64,000 bases of DNA from Diplonema japonicum. Lineage: Eukaryota; Protista; Euglenozoa: Diplonemea. The stretch lies in contig OZ025681.1 of NCBI GenBank assembly GCA_964019335.1, positions 434,001-498,000 on the forward strand, written 5' to 3'. Each line of letters starts with the position of its first letter. The first letter of the stretch is position 1. This document shows positions 1 through 9,429 of the stretch, one piece after another. The notes under the pieces are model-generated. The model searched no databases. It saw only the letters and a program-made list of their open reading frames with translations, and had not been told where the DNA came from. Made by a program: the position numbers and the translations under genes.

Positions 1-1649
1 CACTGCTTGGCACAGCAGTCGTGGTCCTGTACTACTTCTGCTGCCTTCAGAGTTGCCCCTTCGATGCGCGTCCAGCCGAAAGGGTTGGCCAAGAGCTTGT
101 ACCCGTTGATGAGGGGTGCCATCCCTTCACGAGAGCACATCCACATGTCGTAGGCCCCGTGCCACTTCCGCACCCCGTTGTCCACATGGATCATCATGCA
201 TTTGTGGAACCAGGCATCTGAAGGGTCGCGCTTCATGAAGACGAACCCGATGCACAAGACATCCATGTCGCACAGGGCCTGGCATTCTTCTGCGTTGTCG
301 AAGGGACCAAGTGGCACATCAGGGAGGTGAGGCTCCTGCACAACCAGTGCGCCTTTGTCTTTCCAAGCGTTGCGGGAGGCCTTCGAATCCCCATCGAAAG
401 GAGCTGTGCGCTGGTACCGAACCCAACGATTGCACCTCGGTCGCTCCTTCCCAGTTGGCTTCTCTCCGTCTTTCGTCGGACACACAGCAGGGCCAACCAC
501 TCGCACCCCGTAGTGCGTCTTCTGCATCACCTGTGCTTCGATCCAGCAGGTCTCCGCATTCTGACCCCCTGTGGGGTACCCCCATGTCCAATAGCGGCAG
601 GGATTCGACCCTGTGTAGTTTCGGCACAGTTCCGCGCACATCTTTGCAGTCGGTACTTGATTCCGCTTCCCCAGAATGATGTCATCGGGACCGGGAATGT
701 CGTGCCCCATGGTGATCCCCCCTTCCGCGCACGGCAGGTCGAACTCATCTTCGTAGTCGGAGATCGGGTGCCTTGCCCCCACCTGCTGCTCGTTCGTCGA
801 CATCACCGGGTACTCCCCATTTGCATTCACTGACACCACAATGAGGTAGTGCGGGTTGCACTGGTCGGTAGCAGATGTCGTCCGTTGCTTCCTATCCCAC
901 GAGATTGGGCACCGCTCAGGGGGCTTCGTCCCCATCGGGATCGTGAAGCGGATGTCACACCCTGTTTTCGGGATCTCTTTGAGAAGTCGTGTCTCGTCTT
1001 TGAACTTCGTCGTCTCCCACGACACAGGGTTCTTCAGCCCGCAAGAAGGAACCTTGCGCACTATCTTGGCGAACCCCCAGTAGACACGGTAGTGTGTGAT
1101 ATCGCGTTCATCCGGGGCACGAAGGATCGTGATCTCACCGCCGAATGAGAACCTCCCCGGGTCAGTGTCGACGAAGACAAGGCCTGCAGCGTTCTTCTTT
1201 GGCAAAGCCTTGTCTGATTTGCAGCACATTTCAGTGTTGCAACCGAAGTAGCATGAGACTTGCGATGCATCAGACTTGAGCTTCCACCCAGTCGGGCATG
1301 TGTAGGTGTCGCACTTCGCCTCCACACAACATGTGGCGTCCGTGCACTTGCCTGCGTAATCGTCCCCAAGAACGTAGTTCGCGCACACGATACCATCGGC
1401 GTCATGTCGCAGCACACCTTTCTTGCACGTGTAAGGCGGGATGTCTGCAGGAGGCATCTTGTCTATCAAGTACTGGTACCGTGTGTTCCCGTCTCCCGGC
1501 CTCCTGTTGCAGTACGGCCACTTCGGGTAGTCCTTCTTGTTCTGCGGCGGACCCCAGTCGCGGCAGTCTCTGTTGTCGTAGATATTCCCTTGCACGGCCC
1601 CTGCCAGCAGCATCGTGCAGAACACGACATTGTTCACGCTGTTGTGCAT
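1..1649 (-). CDS. 5' part (runs off window start) of a second copy of the giant PAN/EGF-repeat surface protein
   Basis: Largely identical to about 28485-30100. Start ATG at 1649 reads MHNSVNNVVFCTMLLAGAVQGNIYDNRDCRDWGPPQ (signal peptide). Missing from the ORF track because no stop falls in the window. Confidence 0.9.
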   Translation of the reverse strand, partial: MHNSVNNVVFCTMLLAGAVQGNIYDNRDCRDWGPPQNKKDYPKWPYCNRRPGDGNTRYQYLIDKMPPADIPPYTCKKGVLRHDADGIVCANYVLGDDYAGKCTDATCCVEAKCDTYTCPTGWKLKSDASQVSCYFGCNTEMCCKSDKALPKKNAAGLVFVDTDPGRFSFGGEITILRAPDERDITHYRVYWGFAKIVRKVPSCGLKNPVSWETTKFKDETRLLKEIPKTGCDIRFTIPMGTKPPERCPISWDRKQRTTSATDQCNPHYLIVVSVNANGEYPVMSTNEQQVGARHPISDYEDEFDLPCAEGGITMGHDIPGPDDIILGKRNQVPTAKMCAELCRNYTGSNPCRYWTWGYPTGGQNAETCWIEAQVMQKTHYGVRVVGPAVCPTKDGEKPTGKERPRCNRWVRYQRTAPFDGDSKASRNAWKDKGALVVQEPHLPDVPLGPFDNAEECQALCDMDVLCIGFVFMKRDPSDAWFHKCMMIHVDNGVRKWHGAYDMWMCSREGMAPLINGYKLLANPFGWTRIEGATLKAAEVVQDHDCCAKQ

Positions 1650-1737
1650 CCTACCTTTGTTGTGTGAGCATGAGTTTGCAAAAAGAAAAATGGGTTTTTA
1701 AAAAGAAAAAAAAAAAGAAGAAAAATATATTCGAGCT

Positions 1738-2238
1738 TTATTGTTTTCCGTTTTCCGCGCCATGAACCCTTTCCTTCACGCGGTCGTGGAGCCGCCTTCG
1801 TTCTTCTGCAAAGTCGGCCTTGCCGTGTACATCTTCGTACGCAGTGCGGGCAAGCGCCTCGTCGTGGAGTGCGGTGGTGAGAACCCCACTTTCGTTGATC
1901 ACATTTTTCATATCAGACATATAATCGTAGCTAGGGTTTCTTTCGTCTGCCTGGTTCCGGACTGACTGCTCTAAGAGGGTTGTGTTGATCTCAGAGGAGC
2001 TAGCCGAGGCACGGTCTTTGGCCTTCACTAGCGTGTTGGCCCTTGCTTGAAACATTTCAAACTCAGCTGCGTCTTCGTCCGCAATTGTCTTTCTGTTCAC
2101 CACCCTCGTCTCTCCTCTGTGCCATTTAATGTAGAAATACGCAAATGCCCCCGCTGCGATCCAGCTGCTCATCCCGCCTATGACTTGGACAATGTTCCGC
2201 GATTTTGTTTTTCTGACTTGCCATAATTGCTGCACCAT
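1738..2238 (-). CDS. Small single-pass membrane protein of unknown function (about 166 aa)
   Basis: Coding-like ORF. Probable start MVQQLWQ at 2238 after an A-tract; one hydrophobic segment (VIGGMSSWIAAGAFAYFYI) followed by a charged helical region. Confidence 0.75.
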   Translation of the reverse strand: MVQQLWQVRKTKSRNIVQVIGGMSSWIAAGAFAYFYIKWHRGETRVVNRKTIADEDAAEFEMFQARANTLVKAKDRASASSSEINTTLLEQSVRNQADERNPSYDYMSDMKNVINESGVLTTALHDEALARTAYEDVHGKADFAEERRRLHDRVKERVHGAENGKQ

Positions 2239-2312
2239 TTTTATTTTTTTTTTTAAAAAAAAAAGGGAAAAAAAAATGCTGCTCAAAAAAAAAAAGAAGG
2301 TTTTTTTTTAGG

Positions 2313-2354
<42 letters not shown>

Positions 2355-2370
2355 TCGGTTGATTGTTTTT

Positions 2371-4137
2371 TGTGCACAGCCAGTTCCTAAGAGGCAGGAG
2401 TGCAAGAAAGATGAAGAATCGGGAGCCCGGAGTACCGTGGGTCACCCTACGTTACATATCTAAAGGACCTCTGCGGTCCACTTTCGTTAAGACCCCGCCC
2501 TGCGTAGAGACCTTAGCCCTATGCTATGCATCGTTCGTCGAAGTTCTTCCACATGCGGGTGCAGCTTACTGTTGGCAGGCCGGGCGTTCTCCTGCAACTC
2601 ACATCAACGATACTTTCAAGGAAGATGGGATCGCACCGCCATCGTGAGGAGCCCCGCAGAGAAGGGAACCGCTCCTGCAACGATGCCACATCAATGGTCG
2701 AGGACGGAACCCGGTAGGTACCAGAACCCCCTGACCGCTTCCGTGGCGATCGGTCTTCCCTCCGACTAGCATGAGAAGGCTCTCTTGTGGCCTTAAAAAG
2801 ACGTGGCGGATCAGAAGTCTCTCTAGGTCCACGTACCTCGCCGCGTCTCATGGAGAGGATCTGAAGTTCCGGGCCGGGTACCAACTCCTCTATGAAGGAT
2901 CGACTCTTTTGCATCTACTCCTTCGAGCGGTAGCAGTTCCCCATGATTTCCTGTCAGTTTCGAGAGTCTGAAGGAACAGGGGCTGCCCTCCTGTGTTATC
3001 GTGAAGTCGTTGAGTACAGGCCGACCTAGTTACCGATGTGCAGGAGGATACGTTTCTTGACCAAAAGGGTCTAAAGACGGAAGAGGAGGAACTGCACAGG
3101 AAGGGAGATGGAGGAATATTGTTGGAAGGGAATGGGGCCGGGATTCAATGTCTTCCCTTTTTTCCAAAACGGGAGAAGTCACCCTTGCGTTTGAGATCCT
3201 GCCCTTGACGATCCTGCCCTTGACGATCATCTGACAGGCTCGGCTTTGGTACCGTTACAGCAGAGACAAGCCCATAACGGAGCGGAAGGCTTCGGCAGAG
3301 AACTTTTGCCAGTCCATGTCATGCAGGCACTGTTCATACTTGCGCCCGCGTGCCAGCGCCAACTCTCGCTCCCCCGCGCGCGATCGGATGCGGTTGCTCT
3401 CTAGGGAGACCAGGAGGCAGTGCAACGCGGGCAGTGTCGATTCACCTGTATCTGCAGCAACGTCGAATAACGACCTCACAGCATAAAGAGCGCGCCTCTG
3501 CTCGTGCTCGAACGCTCTTCCCTCTTCAAAGGGGGATACGGACAGGCTCTCCCCATACCGTTCTTTGATCTCCTGCCAGATTTGTCCTCGGAGGTGGGGA
3601 AGTTCGTATAACCCTACCCAGCTCGCGCTCTGCGAGCGTCGAATGAAGCCGAGAGATCGCGCGGGAGCTCCAAGCGATCCAGGACAGGGATCTCTTCAGA
3701 GTCGAGACGATCTCTGCAACGTCCTGGCCTCTGCGGCCTGCCGTAATTTCGGGGTCTCTGCGACCCTCGGGGCCTCTGCGGCCATCAGCTAAATCGAGGT
3801 CTCTGCGACCATCGGGGTCTCTGCGACCAAGTCCTCTGCGGACCTCTGTAGAGTTTGGGTCTCTGCGACCCTCTACTCTAGAAGATGGGGAGTGCATCTC
3901 TGCGATGCCCTCAGCAATAATCTGCTGACCCCGGGGACTCCGGATGAAAGCCATAACGGAGGCCTTGCCAGGAGTGTCTTCCTCTTCAAGGTGGGAGTCT
4001 TCTTCAGGCTGTGGGGGGTGGGGAACGAGAGGTTCCTTAACCACCTGGATACTCCAGGTGCAGACGGGGCATAGGAGGCTTATGTCGAAGTCGCTCATGT
4101 TCTTACGGGTAAAATGTTTTATTTGTGAAGCACAGTC
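2371..4137 (-). mobile_element. Decayed tyrosine-recombinase retroelement (VIPER/TATE/DIRS-like): gag-like ORF then YR remnant; no RT/RNase H seen
   Basis: Frameshifted ORF1 from ATG 4098 with GRRDP repeats, ending ...DRQGQDRQGQDLKRKGDFSRFGKKGRH* near 3145. YR motifs follow in order across frames: FLRPQESLL, KTDRHGSGQ, RSLRRAG (about 2493-2513), FRYV (about 2453-2464). Both ends carry a tttgt(gaa)gcacagyc core. Confidence 0.7.
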
Positions 4138-4235
4138 GGGGGTTAAGCTGTAGAAGGATAAGCCCAACAATGCCACCACTACTCTTTTTAGCAATAACAA
4201 TTCATTATCAACATATTGTTTTTCTTGTTCAAGCA
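4121..4235. repeat. Dispersed repeat R1 (segment A)
   Basis: gcacagtcgggggttaagctgtagaaggataagcccaacaatgccaccactactc... is nearly identical to 36744-36846 and, with an internal deletion, to 57745-57805. Confidence 0.9.
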
Positions 4236-4958
4236 AATAAAAAAAAATAACATTTCTTGCTCCGTGGGTTTACAAGAACTATTTTGAACGGGGGTGCATT
4301 TTATGGGGTGACAAAAAATAAGGAGGAGGGAACAACGGGGAAAAGAGGGCGGTACTTCTCCCATATAAATCTTTTTTTTTTTTCTTCCTCGTTTTTTTAG
4401 CCGGACAAAGGGGAAGAAAAAGAAGAGAAAAAAAAAAGAAAATGGCACTTTTTTTTTTTCGGCGCCTGCACGGTTAATTCTCTCGTGGTTTTGAAAAACT
4501 AAATTCATGCGTAAGAAAACACTATAACACTAGTGGTTTTCTTTTTCTTTCTTTTTCCTTCTGTTCGGCTACAGTTCCAGTTTTTATTTTATTTTTTCCC
4601 TTCGAGACTGCACTGTGATTTAGCCTAGCGGAGAAGAGCACCTGAAGTGGGTGTTCCCTTCTCGGGCGAAAGGCGAAGCGAGCGTAATTTTCCCGAACTT
4701 TACCGGCAAAAAGATGTTTTCTTTTCAAAGCCGGTTCTTCCTTTTCAGTGAAGGCGGATAAACGGGAAAAAAAAAAGATTTCTTTGCGAGGCACCCCGTT
4801 GTAAAGAAAAAAAGAAATAGAGGGCTCTGTAAAGAACCGTTTGGAAAGTGAGGGGGGGGGGGGGGGGGGGGGGAAGGGGGGAAGAAAGATAGAAATCATT
4901 TCATGGTAGGCAACTGTCCTTTCTGTGTGTTTTGTTCTTTCCCCCCTCCACCCTTGCC

Positions 4959-6573
4959 TCATACATATTCAACGTCAATTAAGTAAACATTGCCCCAAAG
5001 ATCTCCGACGGTTGCGGTGGAGGCACCTGAAGCACCGCAACAGAGAGGGGCCTGTGTGTTCAGAATCAGCAGTGTTTCTCCTGTTTTCGGGTCGATGACT
5101 TCCGCCTTATATGGGTTTTTTTTTTCTTTTTTTCTAAAAAAGAATATCCCCCCCCCCCCCCCCCCCCCCCCCTCAAACCTGTCTGCTGAACATCTTGAAC
5201 GGTATGAAAGTGCCACAAGAGAGCGCACAACCTCCTCCCAAAAACGGTACAAGCGTGTTTTTTTCAGGAATGGTAGGTGGTTCCGTACCAGTAAACGGCT
5301 CAGGGCCGGGTTTTTCCATGTCGCGCGTCCAGAAGGGAACAGGCACCGCGCGCAAAATATCCCACAGCACAACGTGGGAATCGTCCACCACGAGAAGCTT
5401 ACCCTTTTCCACGAAATGAATATGGCGTATAGGGGTTGAATGCCCGATGATCTGGCAGACCCACTTCCCAGATTCAACCTTCCAGACCAGCACCTCTCCT
5501 TGCTCGTCACCCGAAGCGATTAACGAAGAATCATCCGAAAATGCCAAATATGAGCTTGGGCAGTTGTGGTCCATGAAACACAGATACTGTTTCAAGTCCT
5601 TCCAGACGCTGACCTGTCCTCCGCACGACATGTTCTCAGACGCTACAGCAAGTAGTTTACCACACGGTGAGATTTTCGAAAAGTTGATACGGCCTATGAG
5701 CTCGAACTCAGGGTCTTGTTCGATAACTTTTTTCACCCTTCTCTTCGATAGGTCCCACGCGAAAATCACATCAGTAGTGCTGCTGACCACCATCTGGCCG
5801 TCTGCTGTGTATTGCATTGCTAAGATATCGTCCCCGCACTCGTCTTTCATTTCTGAAAGACGCTCCGAGGTCCGCACGTCGATGGCATAGATACGGGTGC
5901 TCGCGTTCAGCAAAAGCTCCGCCATATTGCTGACGACGCTTGTTTCAGGGTTGTCCGTGACCGGTCGTTTTACCTGCCTCGACGGTTTGATTTTCTTTCC
6001 TATTGTCGACACCAATACTACCTTCTCGTCAAGTGACAAGGCTAAGGAAGATATCTTTTGGCAGTACCCTCCGATGGGTCGCAGGCTCATGTTTTTCAGT
6101 GCGGCATTGACAAGCCTCGGCTCCAGGTAGCTCATGGCGGTTCGGCCCTGTCGTTGTTTGTACTTGATCACGTCTTCGTGCTCCGCCTGCGTCAGGTTCA
6201 AGGAAAACGGCGGTGAGAAGTCTGGAACGATCGTCATTAAATTTGTTGCCTTCACCTTATCCACCGGTGGCCCTCTCTCCACTCCTGAAATGCCTTGTGC
6301 AAGTTTTCTCGCAGATATGAACGCAAAGTCCCTTTGAAGGTTGCTCTTCACAGGGAGCCTCAGCTTTGAAAAGGTCGTGGCCGATGTCACCAGAATCCCC
6401 TCAGGACGTTCCCCGATCCTAGCAGAGTCCGGTGGGACAACTACAGTATCCGGCCCCGAATGCAATATCTTTGTGCCCCTTCTTTTCCATCTCCCCATAG
6501 GCGAATTATCAACCTTTTTGTTTTCCTCGTTGATTTTGTATCCATCTCCGGAGCTACTTGACCCGCACCCCAT
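4959..6573 (-). CDS. WD40-repeat protein with N-terminal dual acylation motif; join(5179-6573, 4959-5105)
   Basis: MGCGSSS start; WD motifs (IASGDEQGEVLVWKV, GHSTPIRHIHF...VVLWDI). A GT-AG intron at 5106-5178 restores an in-frame final blade ending VGDLWGNVYLIDVEYV. Confidence 0.85.
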
Positions 6574-6835
6574 ACGGGGCGTAACCTGAGATACTGTGGG
6601 AGGGGAAGGTGAAATAGAAAGAAAAACTGGACAATAGGGGGGGGGGGGTTTTGTGCTCACCCTTGTCCTCATTCTGGCCCTTTCTAAGTGGGGATATTGT
6701 TGTCGGGTTTGCTGCTCTCAAGGGCCGACGGGACTTCTGCTAGGAACCAAAATAACAATACCAAGATGGGAAATAATCTCTTTCAACCTTTGACGTAAAA
6801 AAAAAGGGGGGGGGGGGAGAAAAGAAAACACTTAT

Positions 6836-8479
6836 TCACCACGCTTTCAACTTGGCAGGCAACGGGCACTCGCCTTCGTGCAAAGGAATCCCAGACACAT
6901 AGTTCTCATCCTTCGCCCTATTTGCCGTGAAAGTGGTGTGCGGCCAGCGCAAGTAACGCAAATTTCTTCCGTCTTTATACGAATTGAATGGGCTCCATAT
7001 CTGCGTGCAGATCTTGGTGTTTCTATTGTAGGACCACCCAGCACAACGGTTCGTGGGGTGGCGCCCCCACCAGCACGTCACAGAGCATTGGTGCAACGTG
7101 TAAAAATGGGTAAAATCGGTTGTGCCGAGGAGCGAGTTCGGGGTATACCGCCAGCCTTCTTCCATGAAGGTGACGCGTTTTTCATTGTCTTCATCTATAA
7201 ATTCGTGAAACGAGACATTCCCAGCGATTGAGAGGTTCAGGGCTGTGAACCTCTCCCGCATGGCGCGTACAAACCGCAGGACGTTGCTGCTTATTGTTGT
7301 GTTTTGTTCGACGACAGCGAAGTTCCCCGGTTTGAACCCTCTGTTCGAAAGGGACTTCATTTTGTACTCCCAGTGCGACAGAGACTTCGTCCCGTAGTGG
7401 TTGTACCCTATCCCTGCCTCGCAGCAGTCGGACGACGGGGTGGGTGGGTAAGTCGAACCACCTTTCTTCTGCGCGTACTCATGGCAAGCTTTTCTATTTT
7501 CCAGCCACACCATTTCATTGCAGTGTGGATGGTGCCATATAGATGCATTCCCTTGCTGGACAATTCCCCCGGGGTTGAGGTACGCTGCGCTCTTCTTAAA
7601 CCAAGAGGTGTTCGCCAAGACGTGTGGATGCCCTGCGTGCTCCACCCCAGCGCACTTTGTGTTGTACATTGATTTGGCGTGGCGGCACTCCAGACAGAAG
7701 TCCCAGTGCTTCTTCTCGCAGTTCTGTTTCAGCAGAACGTGGGACGCGCAGTCCCCGCCGCTCGACAGGAAGTTCTCGATCATCAGCCCGGCAGGGTGTT
7801 CAACATGTCCGGATGTTCCGAACCTCTCCCACCGTATCGTGTGGTGTGCTCGGTTTTGATCGCAGTGATCCCGCACGTGGCTAGTCAGATCGCACCCCAT
7901 AGTCGGGTAGATGAACTCATCGGTGTCCGCAAAGATGAACTGATCCACGTACTCGTGCACCAGCTCGTAACACGTCTTCGGTGCTATGCAGTTCGGAACC
8001 TTCCCACACCCAGCGTGGTACTTCGGCAACCCTTCCATCACAGTGACGAACCCTCTGTCTTCGTAGATCTTAAGAATCTCGCCTGTCCTGTCGTCCACGC
8101 CGGGCTTGTTGTCGTTGATAACCCAAACATGACCAATGCCTGAGAGGAGTTGGAGCTCAAGCCATTCTTGAAGCCATGTTGAGGAGAAGGCTGTGGATGA
8201 ACAGACCCCAAGGTACCAGTGGTGCTTCGCGGGGTCCAGATCGGAGAGAGAGGTGCGGCTGCTGAACTGCGGGGTGAACCGAGTGGGGTTCTCATCCTCC
8301 AACGCGGTGGAGGTGTTGTTCAGTGTAGCGGGCTCGCCTGTTTCGTTGAATGCCTGCCTGTCGACACTTTGCTCGGGCGTGTCTATTGATGAAGACTGCC
8401 CCTTGGTGAACCCATAGGTGGTTTCATAGAGGCACAGCGCAAGCACTGTCGCTGGGACTATGTATTTTGCATTGCCCAT
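6836..8479 (-). CDS. GT92/GT2-like type II membrane glycosyltransferase with C-terminal PAN/apple-like module (paralog 1)
   Basis: Signal anchor; LGVC...LQEWLELQLLSGIGHVWVINDN; DxD motif FADTDEF; NHYGTKS; C-terminal C..C...C.GWSY...C pattern. Confidence 0.8.
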   Translation of the reverse strand: MGNAKYIVPATVLALCLYETTYGFTKGQSSSIDTPEQSVDRQAFNETGEPATLNNTSTALEDENPTRFTPQFSSRTSLSDLDPAKHHWYLGVCSSTAFSSTWLQEWLELQLLSGIGHVWVINDNKPGVDDRTGEILKIYEDRGFVTVMEGLPKYHAGCGKVPNCIAPKTCYELVHEYVDQFIFADTDEFIYPTMGCDLTSHVRDHCDQNRAHHTIRWERFGTSGHVEHPAGLMIENFLSSGGDCASHVLLKQNCEKKHWDFCLECRHAKSMYNTKCAGVEHAGHPHVLANTSWFKKSAAYLNPGGIVQQGNASIWHHPHCNEMVWLENRKACHEYAQKKGGSTYPPTPSSDCCEAGIGYNHYGTKSLSHWEYKMKSLSNRGFKPGNFAVVEQNTTISSNVLRFVRAMRERFTALNLSIAGNVSFHEFIDEDNEKRVTFMEEGWRYTPNSLLGTTDFTHFYTLHQCSVTCWWGRHPTNRCAGWSYNRNTKICTQIWSPFNSYKDGRNLRYLRWPHTTFTANRAKDENYVSGIPLHEGECPLPAKLKAW

Positions 8480-8583
8480 CTGAATATGTTATGATTTGAG
8501 AAAACAAGGAAACTAAAGGGAGGGGGAAGGAAACAGCAAGATTATATCACACTTTTTTCTCTCGATTTGTATTTTCTTTTTTC

Positions 8584-9195
8584 TCAAGATTCAAAGAACG
8601 CGGCAACATGGAGGCAGACACTGCCGATCCCCACCGCAACCCGAGCTGTCGGGGAAATTCTTTGCGATGCATAAGTTGTCAGAAGGCCAAGGGACAGGGA
8701 AACTGTACCTAGTAGAGAGGTGAATAGAGCCACGAAGAGGTGCGCAGTACGTAGATAGGGCTTTAGGGTTTTTGGAAAAGGTAAAGGGTAGTAGAGAGAG
8801 AATCCGAGAAGGAGCTGAAAGAGTAGGCAACTAACCGCACATACACCAACTGTCCCGTGCCAGGAAGTCATGTGTGCTTTCCCCTTGACTTCTTTGCTTT
8901 TATATACCACAGCCCATCCCATTACAACCATCACAGCACACAACACACAAAAGTAGACGTGGCGCTCGACTTCGCCTTGGCGTTCAACCACTCCCCTACA
9001 GGCACCTAGCTTCCTCCCAATGCAGATGCCTTCCACCATAAATCCTATGTACCCCACCGCCATTAAAATAGGATGCCATTGGAACAAATTTGTGCTTCCT
9101 TGCCAGAACACCCACCCCAAGAAAACCACTAATCCCGTGTTCGCGCCCTGCCGGAGACTCTGCATCTTATGGCTTCGCTCCTCTGCGGGCTCCAT
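8584..9195 (-). CDS. Cytochrome b561 domain protein (CYB561D1/D2-like)
   Basis: LFQWHPILMAVGY, HVYF, HMTSWHGTVG and AHLFVA supply four heme-ligand histidines across 6 TM segments. Probable start MEPAEER at 9195. Confidence 0.88.
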   Translation of the reverse strand: MEPAEERSHKMQSLRQGANTGLVVFLGWVFWQGSTNLFQWHPILMAVGYIGFMVEGICIGRKLGACRGVVERQGEVERHVYFCVLCAVMVVMGWAVVYKSKEVKGKAHMTSWHGTVGVCAVSCLLFQLLLGFSLYYPLPFPKTLKPYLRTAHLFVALFTSLLGTVSLSLGLLTTYASQRISPTARVAVGIGSVCLHVAAFFES

Positions 9196-9429
9196 TTCTA
9201 TTTTTTTCCCCCTTTGTTTTTGTCGAAAAAAAGGGAAACGCGAAAAATATATGTATAAAAAAAAAAAAAAAAAAGAACTTAATAGGGAGGTATCTCGCAC
9301 GCTTACATGAGTTACAATAAAGTAAAAAAAAAAAAAAAAATAGGGAAGACACGTTTCTTTTTTTTTTTTTTCTTTTATTCGTTTCTGTTGTAACACTTTA
9401 TTCCCCTCCCCCTCCCCCAACGTACTTTT

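Noticed and set aside
4121-4235. R1 as a spliced-leader RNA gene targeted by a CRE/SLACS-type element
   Set aside because: No recognisable euglenozoan SL exon sequence, and the insert has YR rather than non-LTR motifs.
9196-9420. Long N-terminal extension of cytochrome b561 (similar cases at 2286, 6672, 10724, 16865)
   Set aside because: The extensions cross homopolymer spacers; downstream ATGs match the family starts.
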